Of a DNA stretch of 64,000 bases, positions 29,904 to 38,894 are shown one piece after another; position 1 is the stretch's first letter, and each line of letters opens with the position of its first letter. A program made the position numbers and the translations under genes. This stretch comes from a virus. Below the pieces are notes generated by a model, which was not told where the DNA came from, searched no databases, and saw only the letters and a list, made by a program, of their open reading frames with translations. The stretch covers positions 96,001-160,000 of IMG/VR virus record IMGVR_UViG_3300024054_000008; one strand, 5' to 3'.

Positions 29904-30863
29904 TTAAATTTTCAAGAGATAACGCTGCGCGGCGCGTTGTGAAGTTGTTGCTAAAACTGGCGGAACGCCTTGAACGGCCTTTAGACCGTTTGACTTCAGG
30001 GCGTCAGCAATGTCCTTATTTGTCATTTTCGGATTGTTTTTCCTGATTTCCTTTATATCATCAAACGTATATCTAGCTGGTGTTCCAAAATATTCATGAT
30101 GTTTTAAGAAATCTTCAATTGATTTATGTTTTCTCTTTATGAGTGTTTCTTCAAGCTTTAGAGGATCAATTTCCCGTTCTTCTTCAGTTTCCTCAACTTC
30201 TTCTAAAACCGGACCGCCTTTGCCTGTGCTACGTTCAGAAAAAATCTTCGATGAAAGAGCTTTGGCAGCGTTTATAACGTCATGCAAACCCTTCACAACG
30301 TCTGATGGTTTATCAAACTTGAAATTAAGAATATTTTCCCCTTCGTCTATTTCAAACTCAGCATTAAATGGTCCGGCCGTAGCCCCAGTTTGTTTACCGC
30401 TAGGCAGCAAAGGAGAAGAAGACTTATGATACCACCTAAATGTGATCTCACAAGGAACTGCAATGTCTTTGTGACTTTGGTTACCGCCTTGCTCCAGCCA
30501 ACTTTGATATTGGCTACTTGATTCTTCTGGTGCTTCTGATTCAATTAAGTGATAGCCAGTGACGAGAATATCGCCTGGAACGCCGGATGAGTCAAAATCG
30601 CTTGGTCTTATGCCGAAAGAAAAATATGTGCCCTTGAAACGACGAACGCCAAGATCGCTCGGAACGTCTGTTTTGGCTTCTAGAAAAACGTCTGAGATTG
30701 ACTTCAATGCTTCAACGGCTGCTTCGGATAACTTTCTAGCCAGCCCTCTTTCAGTTGCTAGTCGAAATGACCAGAGTGACGCTAAAACGAAATTTCTGTT
30801 TGGATTTTGCGAAGTTTCAAGATATGAGGCGAGTTGAATCAGAGATGATGTGAGTGATTTCAT
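29904..30863 (-). CDS. hypothetical protein with LIQLAS...PNRNFV N-terminal module
   Basis: 319 aa ORF. Confidence 0.55.
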   Translation of the reverse strand: MKSLTSSLIQLASYLETSQNPNRNFVLASLWSFRLATERGLARKLSEAAVEALKSISDVFLEAKTDVPSDLGVRRFKGTYFSFGIRPSDFDSSGVPGDILVTGYHLIESEAPEESSSQYQSWLEQGGNQSHKDIAVPCEITFRWYHKSSSPLLPSGKQTGATAGPFNAEFEIDEGENILNFKFDKPSDVVKGLHDVINAAKALSSKIFSERSTGKGGPVLEEVEETEEEREIDPLKLEETLIKRKHKSIEDFLKHHEYFGTPARYTFDDIKEIRKNNPKMTNKDIADALKSNGLKAVQGVPPVLATTSQRAAQRYLLKI

Positions 30864-30881
30864 TTTTAAAATGAAATGATA

Positions 30882-31493
30882 TTAACGGCGGAAAAGAAAA
30901 TGAACGCTGCGATTTGAAATTTGGATTGAAAGCGGTGTGAAATGTTGAAAAGACGAAACGAGACATGAAACGGTGTGATGACGAAAAATTGAAATGTCTG
31001 CGTTCAAAAAATTTGACTGGAGGTGAAAAACGAAATTTGAAACGTGACCGGACGCCTCGAAAAAACGTTTATTTTCGAATGTGTAAGAAGAAAATTTCCA
31101 ACGCGGCTTGATGAACGTGTTGAAAACGAGCTTTCCGCCGGGTTTTATGACGGATGCTAAAACTGGTGAAAGTTTAACTGGGTTGAGATAACCGATGGAC
31201 TGACGGATGACGCAAAGGTCGAACTGTGAGAGGTTTTCAAATGTTGACGGGTTATGAACGTCGCCTTTGACTTGAAAAACGCGCGTGTCTGTGCAACGAG
31301 GCGAAAGATCGACGAGAGTGGGGCGGGACGCGTTTCTGCGGAGCGCTTCTAGTGAGACGGCGCCCGTGCCACCGCAAAGATCGAGAAGAGATTGTGACGG
31401 ATCGAACGAAGCGAAGTCAAGAAGGGCGCCCGGGTTGGAAAGCCAACGGGAGTAAAGAGAGCTGTATTTTGGGGTTGTTGCGTTAAATGCCAA
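30882..31493 (-). CDS. class I SAM-dependent methyltransferase
   Basis: LLDLCGGTGAVS motif I, LVDLS, FDLCV, VIKPGGKLVF. Confidence 0.8.
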   Translation of the reverse strand: MAFNATTPKYSSLYSRWLSNPGALLDFASFDPSQSLLDLCGGTGAVSLEALRRNASRPTLVDLSPRCTDTRVFQVKGDVHNPSTFENLSQFDLCVIRQSIGYLNPVKLSPVLASVIKPGGKLVFNTFIKPRWKFSSYTFENKRFFEASGHVSNFVFHLQSNFLNADISIFRHHTVSCLVSSFQHFTPLSIQISNRSVHFLFRR

Positions 31494-32532
31494 GAATGTT
31501 TCCTGATTGGTCTAAAAAGGCGATGAAACCGTGAGAAGCGATGTTGAACGGTGGGCTGGTGTTTCGAAAGGTGTCGCGAAGCGTGCCGGGCGGGGCGTAA
31601 GGGAGCGTGTTGACGTTCGGAAGAAACTCATGAAGGTGAAGGGCTGCGATGGCGTTTGGATGTTCGGATAAAACGGAAGCTAAAAGAGGGGCGTTCATGG
31701 TTGCCTTTCCGGTGTCTGTATAAATGGTTCTTTTTTGATGATTGACGTGAACTAAAACGCAGTTGGAAGAAAGAATGTCGATTGTTTTCTTTCTTGGCGT
31801 CATTAAAAAGAAATTTGGTTGGGTTGGAACGCGAATTGCTATTGAACCGAAAACTTTGTTGTTTTTTAAAAACCTGTGCCTGAATTTGTCTAGAAATTTA
31901 TTTATCAAAATTTCCGATTCAAAATTTGGATTTCTGTGAAGAACGCCTTGGATTGTGGTGAAATGAACGTCGGTTAGGATTTCTGTTAAGGCGTTGAAAA
32001 GTTGATCGAAGGCGTTTTCAAACGTTAAAACGGCGCCGTCCGGGAAAACGAGAAATTTGGTTTTGAGGTTTGAAAGGTCGTTTGCGACGACGGCGCTTGC
32101 GCGACTGCGTTCAATGAGATGCTGAGCTTTTTCAATGGTTGATTCTGGGGTTTCCTGCGAAGTTAATTTGCAACCTATGACGCAAAGTTTCGGATTGATT
32201 TTTCGAATTTCGTCGATGACGTAAGGAGTTCGAACGAGCTTGACGTTAACGTGATCGAGGTCGGTTGGCATTTTGCCGTTAAAAATGACTTCTGGCATGT
32301 AGTTGATGACGGCTGCGGCCATGACGGCGCCGTTCAAGGTTGGAACTTGGTTTAAGACGAAGTTTTTATAGGATTCAATGTCTAGATTTTCGGCTAAGAC
32401 GACTTCGTGGCCGAGTGATTTCAAGTGGTTGTGAAATGATTTTGCCCAAAGGCCACGTGCGCGGTTCGTGAAGATTTTATTGTCGTCAAGTTTTGCGAAA
32501 ACTGGGCCGGCAGTTACGAGAAACTTTCCCAT
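31483..32532 (-). CDS. CoaB/DFP-like (phosphopantothenoylcysteine synthetase) domain fused to a class II aldolase/adducin-like domain
   Basis: LVTAGPV...LDD, AAVINY, IGCKL and VVANDL (CoaB); GSIAIR, TPRKK, ATMNAPL, LHLHE and SHGFI (aldolase II-like). Confidence 0.65.
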   Translation of the reverse strand: MGKFLVTAGPVFAKLDDNKIFTNRARGLWAKSFHNHLKSLGHEVVLAENLDIESYKNFVLNQVPTLNGAVMAAAVINYMPEVIFNGKMPTDLDHVNVKLVRTPYVIDEIRKINPKLCVIGCKLTSQETPESTIEKAQHLIERSRASAVVANDLSNLKTKFLVFPDGAVLTFENAFDQLFNALTEILTDVHFTTIQGVLHRNPNFESEILINKFLDKFRHRFLKNNKVFGSIAIRVPTQPNFFLMTPRKKTIDILSSNCVLVHVNHQKRTIYTDTGKATMNAPLLASVLSEHPNAIAALHLHEFLPNVNTLPYAPPGTLRDTFRNTSPPFNIASHGFIAFLDQSGNILGI

Positions 32533-32545
32533 AAAAATGTGTACA

Positions 32546-33214
32546 TTTCAGATAAATTGATTTCCTGTAATTAAGCACAAGTACAGCCAGACCTGATCCA
32601 AAGCGGTGTACATATACCGGGTTAGTGCCCGTCGGGGGCTTCGTTCATGGAATTGCGTCTGACTGGTTTTCAATGTCTTGCCTGCCGCGCTCTACATCTT
32701 CTCGCCGGTCTTGGCGTTCACGATCTCGACTGTGTCGAAAACCATAATGGAGTCCGACTCGCCTCCTTGATGGTAAGCGTCGTATCCCTCTTTCTGCAGG
32801 CGCTCGAAAAACCCGTCGTTGACGGCTTTCCGCATCCCCTCATAGCTGTAGTACTCATGGAACTCGTCCTCGGTCGGCTCGTACGGATTCTTCACGTTTA
32901 TCCAGCAGGTTAGGACCTCACCCTGCTGCTTTTTCCCTGTGTACAGGTCGTCGACCCATCCCTCCTCTCCTGAGAACCAAACTCCGGACGCTGGGCGCCG
33001 GAACTTGGTGACTCCCTTCGTCGGGGTCCCGTGGTACACGGGGTACGGGATCTTGGATCCTGAGAACGGGTTCGGGACGAGATCCTTGCCTTGGTTTGCG
33101 GAGACCAGACGTGCGGCGATTGATGGTAAGCGCATAAATGCAACGCAACATAACAAAGTTAGTGGACGAAATGCGTTTTCTGTCTTCTTTTTCAGATAAA
33201 TTGATTTCCTGTAA
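32546..33214. repeat. 25-bp perfect direct repeats (32546-32570 and 33190-33214) flanking a GC-rich one-gene module
   Basis: TTTCAGATAAATTGATTTCCTGTAA twice. Confidence 0.85.
32692..33135 (-). CDS. ADP-ribosyltransferase-fold protein (polyvalent-protein type)
   Basis: VYHGT, GVWFS, WINVKNPY, GYDA and IMVFD pattern. Confidence 0.5.
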   Translation of the reverse strand: MRLPSIAARLVSANQGKDLVPNPFSGSKIPYPVYHGTPTKGVTKFRRPASGVWFSGEEGWVDDLYTGKKQQGEVLTCWINVKNPYEPTEDEFHEYYSYEGMRKAVNDGFFERLQKEGYDAYHQGGESDSIMVFDTVEIVNAKTGEKM

Positions 33215-33222
33215 ATTGATGT

Positions 33223-33735
33223 GTGAAATTTGTTGTTTTAAGTCGAGCTGGAATTGAAAGTTTTGAACCGCTAAATGTTATGCATATTATTATTAGCGTT
33301 TCGACGCCAAATTATTACTATGGACCTGAAAAGTTGCCGAAAAATGGGTTTACGCTTGGGATTTTGAGGTTGTCGTTTCATGAACGGTATGACATTGAAG
33401 CAATTGACGAAGCGAGTGTTAAATATTGTGAAAAGTCAAAAAAGTTGATTGAAGCTAAAGAAGCGTTTTCGGAGGAAACTGCGAAAACTGTGTTAGATTT
33501 TGTCAGAAATTATAAGGACAAGGAAATTGAAACTATCATAATTCATTGTGACGCTGGGTTGGCAAGATCGCCGGCTATGGCGGCCGGACTGGCAAACACG
33601 ATGTTCAAAAATGAAGAAAATGTTTTTTACGCAAGGCGTTATATGGAAGATGGGCTGTGTGTTTTTAACCCGTTAGAGTGGAAAAGACATGAAGCTTGTT
33701 TCAAATTTATCAATGAGGCGTATGATGAAACGTGA
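33223..33735 (+). CDS. dual-specificity/tyrosine protein phosphatase-like protein
   Basis: IIIHCDAGLARS CX5R active-site loop. Confidence 0.75.
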   Translation: MKFVVLSRAGIESFEPLNVMHIIISVSTPNYYYGPEKLPKNGFTLGILRLSFHERYDIEAIDEASVKYCEKSKKLIEAKEAFSEETAKTVLDFVRNYKDKEIETIIIHCDAGLARSPAMAAGLANTMFKNEENVFYARRYMEDGLCVFNPLEWKRHEACFKFINEAYDET

Positions 33736-34163
33736 ACGCGATGTTACTGAAGAGGGCTGGCACCGAATGGTGGTTAGTGTGATTTTAGGTTGGCCAATTC
33801 ACTGGTGTGAAGGTTGTGGAGCTGTTGTTGTCAAAGATGAAGTTTCCAAGAGTCCGCGGGATCAATATCAAGGCTTGATTGTGAAACTTGGCAGCTCAGA
33901 AAGAAAGACATGAAATGGTGGCTAAAAGCTACGGGGTTTGGTTGGTTTCATGCCCGAAGAAATCGAAGCGGAAAGCTGTTCAATTTTAAGAAAGAATCTT
34001 TGGTGGTTGATACGGGCCGAAGAAGAAATTGATTCAGCTGGTGGAAGATGCGTTTCAATTATGAAAACTGTAAATGAAGCCGAAGGATTGGCAGCCTCTT
34101 TAGAGGGATTGGGTGTGAGGCAGAGCCGGAGAAATTGCGGAATGGCCTTGATAAACTGTGGAA

Positions 34164-34641
34164 GGGACCCAAAAGACGTATATATCTATTAAAATTTCGT
34201 CTCAAAAAAAGTTATATGTCAAGAAAAAACTTACAAACTGTCAAAAAAGTTTTTATCAAGTTCGACTGTTCCGCCCTCAAGAGGATAATAATTTGGGGGC
34301 GCAGAATAAATCAAATGTTGAATCAGCGATTTGGCACTTACATTCTTTCCGAAGGCCTCAACAATAAAATCGTTCTTAGAGAGAAACTCTAAATCGCCGT
34401 CGCTAGTTCTGGTCTTTACAATGGTGGATTTACCTGGAGCATCAACACGCCATGTTTGTTGAACTCGATTTTGATGTCCGACGGATGACTTTTGAAGGGT
34501 GACTATAATTGTTTCTTCGCTTGCCGCCAAATGACGAACGGCTGCTCTCTTTGCTATTTCACTCATAATTGTGCTTCTTGATAAGAATTACAACGGGACC
34601 CGAAAAGACGTATGTATCATTGAAATTTTCTCACTAAAAAA
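34164..34641. repeat. imperfect ~46-bp direct repeats (34164-34210, 34595-34641) around ORF 34231-34566
   Basis: GGGACCC(G)AAAAGACGTAT...AAATTT...AAAAA in both. Confidence 0.6.
34231..34566 (-). CDS. hypothetical protein with IAKRAAVRHLAA N-terminus
   Basis: ORF track. Confidence 0.5.
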   Translation of the reverse strand: MSEIAKRAAVRHLAASEETIIVTLQKSSVGHQNRVQQTWRVDAPGKSTIVKTRTSDGDLEFLSKNDFIVEAFGKNVSAKSLIQHLIYSAPPNYYPLEGGTVELDKNFFDSL

Positions 34642-35124
34642 TTTTAAAGTTGGTCTCATATCATGAAGTTGGAGATTCGTTTATTGCATCTCTATCCAAT
34701 ACTATGAGTCTTTGAGTGATTTTTGAATTTATTTGATTTACTTTAATGAAAATTTGTTCAGTATGTTTAGAACCCAAAAGAAGAAAAAAGAACGTGGGGA
34801 TCGGACCACCCACTTCGCGTCCGGAGAACCTGTCTCTCCTGCACGCATGCGGTTTCTCCTATAAAAAGGATTACATCGAGATCTACTCCATTTACCCTAT
34901 ACTATATGCCATATACTATCCCCCATACTATCTAATACATACCATCTAGTGCCATTTCCCGGTGTTTCACGTGGAACGCTGACGCACCGCGTCATTTCGG
35001 AAATCCGGGCGGGTCCGGCGTATCTGGTTTTGGGCGCGACGCGGCGAGCGGCGCGGCGCCCGCCGGGATGGGCCCGGCGGAGATCGCGCGGCTCGCGGCG
35101 TATCGCCTCTCGGAGGTTGAGACA

Positions 35125-35487
35125 ATGACCAATTCCAACAACTACCCCTTCCTGTCCAAGGCCCAGATCGTCGCCAAGCTGGAGAGCGAGCCCGACTTCG
35201 TCAAGCAGGCCTGCCTCATCCTGACCTCGCGCCAGACCGAGGACGAGCTGGCCTCCCACGACACCAAGTGGAAGAACCGCCGCGGCTGGATGTCCTCGCA
35301 CGCCCACTTCGGCACCGCCTGCGCCGAGAAGATCGCCCGCGACGAGGAGCTGACCGACGCCGAGCTGGCGAAGCTCACCGGGATGGTCTGCAAGTACCGC
35401 AAGCAGCTCGCGGCCCACTTCCGCGCCGAGGCCCTGGAGGCCAACCCCGACCTGGCCGACGCCGGCAAGATCTTCGGGGTCTGCTGA
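35125..35487 (+). CDS. very GC-rich hypothetical early protein, paralog of 50665-51027
   Basis: MTNSNNYPFL...RQT.DE...KNRRGWMSSHA shared; GGAGGT SD. Confidence 0.7.
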   Translation: MTNSNNYPFLSKAQIVAKLESEPDFVKQACLILTSRQTEDELASHDTKWKNRRGWMSSHAHFGTACAEKIARDEELTDAELAKLTGMVCKYRKQLAAHFRAEALEANPDLADAGKIFGVC

Positions 35488-36007
35488 GATCGTGACCCGA
35501 CCCCCCGGGCTGGCGCAGGCTGGCCCGGGGGCTCTGGCATGCCATACCTCTGAAGCAGACACAACAGGCGTCGTACCTCGAAAGTCTGCACACTGGCACC
35601 TCGCTGGCTCATCCTCTGGGCTCAGCGTCAGCTATATTTGCGAGCCATCCGGCTAACTCGACGCGGTCCGACCGTACCATGTCCGGTCCGAAGGCCGGTT
35701 TCACAGGCGTACCTCCGAGAGGCGATGCTGGCTCATCCGCCGCGGTTACCTCGAAGGTCTGGCACCTAGGTTTGAATCTACCACGCCTCTTGGCTCACCG
35801 GCTCACGCCTCACGCCTCTTGGGGCCAGGCTTCAGGAAATGCCAGGCTCACGAGCCTAGGCGCGCGACAACCCATGGCATATCTGCTTCAAAGGTATGCC
35901 ATATGCTTGCAAAAGGTATCTTCTGAATACTCTTTCAAAGAATTATCTGAAAGAATCTTCTTTTAGGTGATCCGTTTAAAAACAAACTGTTTAAAATAAG
36001 AATTTAA

Positions 36008-36032
36008 GGCGAAGGTATGACATACCTTCGCC
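36008..36032. repeat. perfect 12-1-12 inverted repeat in a long intergenic region
   Basis: GGCGAAGGTATG-A-CATACCTTCGCC. Confidence 0.85.
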
Positions 36033-36175
36033 AAATGTGTATGTAATATTTCTTTTAAAATTATCATATAACTTGTAGATGTCTGAATTATTTGCTCCTT
36101 TGGTTGTTCCACATCTACAAGGAGATGACTTTGTTGAACGGTTCTTTATTTTTGATCATAAATATATAACATATT

Positions 36176-36727
36176 TCAGCAATTTACCAGGTATTCTGTC
36201 TTAATTTCTCTGATAATTTGGTCCAAATCCTCATCCGTGATGAGGTGAGAAGCATCTCTCCTCAAAATCGAACAGATTCCTTCCCTGAGTTGCTTCAGCA
36301 GGCCGGCCCGCGTGTTTTCTTCCCACTCCTTGAGAAGAGTTTCGCGATCGATTTTGAGATTGTCACGATAAATCTTGCCAGCTTTGATTATTTCTTTTGC
36401 CTTAGCATTCAAGGCCTCAAGAACAATCATAGGCTGTGCTCTGTAGTCAAAGTATTCTTCGTGAATTCTGTCTGAATAATATGAGAAAAAAACAGTTGTC
36501 AGTGCTTCTGAATACAGGTTGTATTCAATCTTATCTGACACAGCATCGACTTCGAAGTCGACCAAATAGCTGGTATTCTCTGAGCGGTTGTGAAAGAAAA
36601 TTTCAACAACAACTTCGCCTCGGTCGTCCACTGAAATGAAATGTGAAAATGTGAAGTTGAAGTCTTGTATGGCTTCGGCGATCTTTGAAATTGTGTCGTC
36701 TTCGTATGGGATTACAGAATTAGACAT
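36176..36727 (-). CDS. hypothetical protein
   Basis: 183 aa ORF. Confidence 0.5.
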   Translation of the reverse strand: MSNSVIPYEDDTISKIAEAIQDFNFTFSHFISVDDRGEVVVEIFFHNRSENTSYLVDFEVDAVSDKIEYNLYSEALTTVFFSYYSDRIHEEYFDYRAQPMIVLEALNAKAKEIIKAGKIYRDNLKIDRETLLKEWEENTRAGLLKQLREGICSILRRDASHLITDEDLDQIIREIKTEYLVNC

Positions 36728-37017
36728 GGTATATACCTCTTCGATGTATGCCAGACCTCAGAAATGTATCAGTAGTCTGGCTCGATCGGTTCGTCCACGT
36801 CGTTTTGGTCGTAGCCCGTCAAAATCTCGGGCCTGTACCGCGAGAGCTTCTCTTTTCGACAGTTGTCGCAAACGCGACAGAGCGGAATGCCCCGCGCATC
36901 ACGCTCCCACCACGACGGCTCGGTTGAGACGGTTCCGCCAACGCATTGATGTTCACGCGCCATACGCAGCCTCCACGGCCCAATACGCGCGAAATCTGAC
37001 AATTTGCGCTGACTAAG

Positions 37018-37341
37018 TCAAATTTCGAGCAATTCCCCAGTTTCCTGTTCTTGTTGTAGAACTTCGATGTGATGGCTGAAAACCTCAGATATTGAAACTG
37101 CTAGTTCTTTGCCACAATTAAGTTTCTCGTGAATATAAGTCCAATCTAGGTAACGAGTGGTGCCATGAACCAGCAAACATTTATGAAAATTCACAACAGA
37201 AACAATGAGTTCGTGGCCTTCTGGCGATTTACGCGACATTGTGATTTCGACAATCAGTCGCGTACCATTGCCAGGACTGTAGTAGTACCGACAGGTCCTA
37301 GTTTGGAAAGATGTACCATATATTTTGGCAATATCAATCAA
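37018..37341 (-). CDS. hypothetical protein
   Basis: YYYSPGNGTR motif; ORF track. Confidence 0.5.
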   Translation of the reverse strand: MIDIAKIYGTSFQTRTCRYYYSPGNGTRLIVEITMSRKSPEGHELIVSVVNFHKCLLVHGTTRYLDWTYIHEKLNCGKELAVSISEVFSHHIEVLQQEQETGELLEI

Positions 37342-37405
37342 TTTATTTGAATATCCGCTCGGAGTCCCATGTTTGGGGCAACGCTCGAACCACGGCGGTG
37401 TCCAA

Positions 37406-37666
37406 TCACCGGGACAGCTTCTTCGCGCACGGATCGCAGACCGTGATGTTGATGGGGCGACACGATGAACTCTCGCACGAGGCGTAGCAGAAGCTGTCGC
37501 CGCACGGCCCCATGTAGTTCTTGGTGTAGACTTCGCGGCGGCGCGTGGAGGCGTGACGCTTCTTGCACTTCTGACACGTGTGTGTGAAGTCCAACTTCAA
37601 ACGAACCGGCTTCGGCTTCGGCTTCGGCTTCGGCTTCGGCTTCGGCTTCGGCTGTTTTTTCGTCAT
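37406..37666 (-). CDS. hypothetical zinc-binding protein with poly-(Lys-Pro) tract
   Basis: KPKPKP... then CQKC, CGDSFC and CDPC. Confidence 0.5.
   Translation of the reverse strand: MTKKQPKPKPKPKPKPKPKPVRLKLDFTHTCQKCKKRHASTRRREVYTKNYMGPCGDSFCYASCESSSCRPINITVCDPCAKKLSR
37607..37653. repeat. hexanucleotide microsatellite (CGGCTT)x7 plus a partial unit
   Basis: directly visible. Confidence 0.9.
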
Positions 37667-37669
37667 GGC

Positions 37670-38107
37670 TTAGCCCTTCAAAACCTCTTCGGCTTTCTTG
37701 TTGTTTTTCACGTACTTTTTTACAACTTGGCCGTTCTTCTTCCACCACTCGGTGGCAAGAACCAGGTCGCCCAGAGTCTTCAAGTACGGGCCGTAACTAG
37801 TGTCGTCAGGTCTAAACTCAGCAAGAACGAAGGCCCCAAAACTTCCCTGGCAGGCCAGTTCCTGTGCCTGTTTCCACAACGGGTGGTGGAACACCGACTC
37901 ACTGTAGCCGTCACGGTGGTTTGAGAACCAAACCCCGAGGTTTGTCGAACTGACACTTTTTGGACAACAGTCTTCGGCCCGAACGCGTGTGAGTTGTTCT
38001 TCCACGTAGGCCAAGCCTTCGCGCTCGACCCACCAGTCAAACAACTTCCGCGTCAGGCCGCTTCCGAAACCTTCGGCTTTTGAAAGTCCAAAGTAACCCA
38101 CGCTCAC
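37670..38107 (-). CDS. hypothetical protein
   Basis: GTG start after GGAGGT and the CGTA leader motif. Confidence 0.55.
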   Translation of the reverse strand: MSVGYFGLSKAEGFGSGLTRKLFDWWVEREGLAYVEEQLTRVRAEDCCPKSVSSTNLGVWFSNHRDGYSESVFHHPLWKQAQELACQGSFGAFVLAEFRPDDTSYGPYLKTLGDLVLATEWWKKNGQVVKKYVKNNKKAEEVLKG

Positions 38108-38207
38108 CTCCGGCGCTCGGTACGGCCGAGCCGTGCTAGCTTCCGGTCAAGGAGGGGCCCCGGGAAGGAGAAGATGGGCCTCTCCTTCCCGGGGCTTTGT
38201 TGCGCGG

Positions 38208-38555
38208 TCACGAACCAGGGCAGTGCAGGTACACTCCCTGGAAGGTCTTGAGGTTTTCCGGGTCTCCGGTGAACCCGATGACCCGGTACTCACCGTCCTT
38301 GCACGGAGCGGGGGTCTTCTTGGTCTTGACGACCGGCTTGGCCATCTTACCCACGATGCGAACCTCGGGAAGCTCCACGACCACTTCGGAGGCCACGACG
38401 ATGGGTTTCGCCTTCGGCAGGGCAGGAAGGCTGGCGAGCTGAGCCGGCTTGGGGCTCGTGAAGGCCATCGGGTTGGCCTGCATGTAGACGGCCGTTCCTG
38501 CCAGGGCGGTGGCCGGGATGAGAAGCAGAACCGATGCGATCAACTTTCCGTTCAT
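38208..38555 (-). CDS. exported or membrane-anchored hypothetical protein
   Basis: signal-peptide-like N-terminus MNGKLIASVLLLIPATALA. Confidence 0.55.
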   Translation of the reverse strand: MNGKLIASVLLLIPATALAGTAVYMQANPMAFTSPKPAQLASLPALPKAKPIVVASEVVVELPEVRIVGKMAKPVVKTKKTPAPCKDGEYRVIGFTGDPENLKTFQGVYLHCPGS

Positions 38556-38616
38556 GGCGCGTACCTCCACCAGTCGGTACGCGCCATGAACGCTGATCTG
38601 CGCTTGGCAGATCAGC
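38549..38616 (-). promoter_or_regulatory. 17-bp hairpin sequestering the SD and AUG of 38208-38555, preceded by a 10-bp hairpin
   Basis: 38549-38565 pairs with 38576-38592; GCTGATCTGC/GCAGATCAGC 38592-38616. Confidence 0.65.
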
Positions 38617-38894
38617 CCGCGAGCTGGCTCACTCTTCGGAAACCGAGATCCGGAACCGCCGGACCTTTCCCTTGTGCCACTTACCGTGGCCGTCCTGCAC
38701 CCAGGACGTCATCGTGACGGTCCCGTCCTTCAGGGTCCTCCCATCCCACTCGACACCTCCCTCAGTGAGGAGCCAGTCCCCGCGCGCCTCACACATCTCT
38801 CGGACAATCCCAGCCCTAATCTGCGACGCAAGCTTCATGACGCGTACCTCCGCCAGCTGGCACGTCAGCCGTTTGGTTGTTTTCGGTTGGCGGG

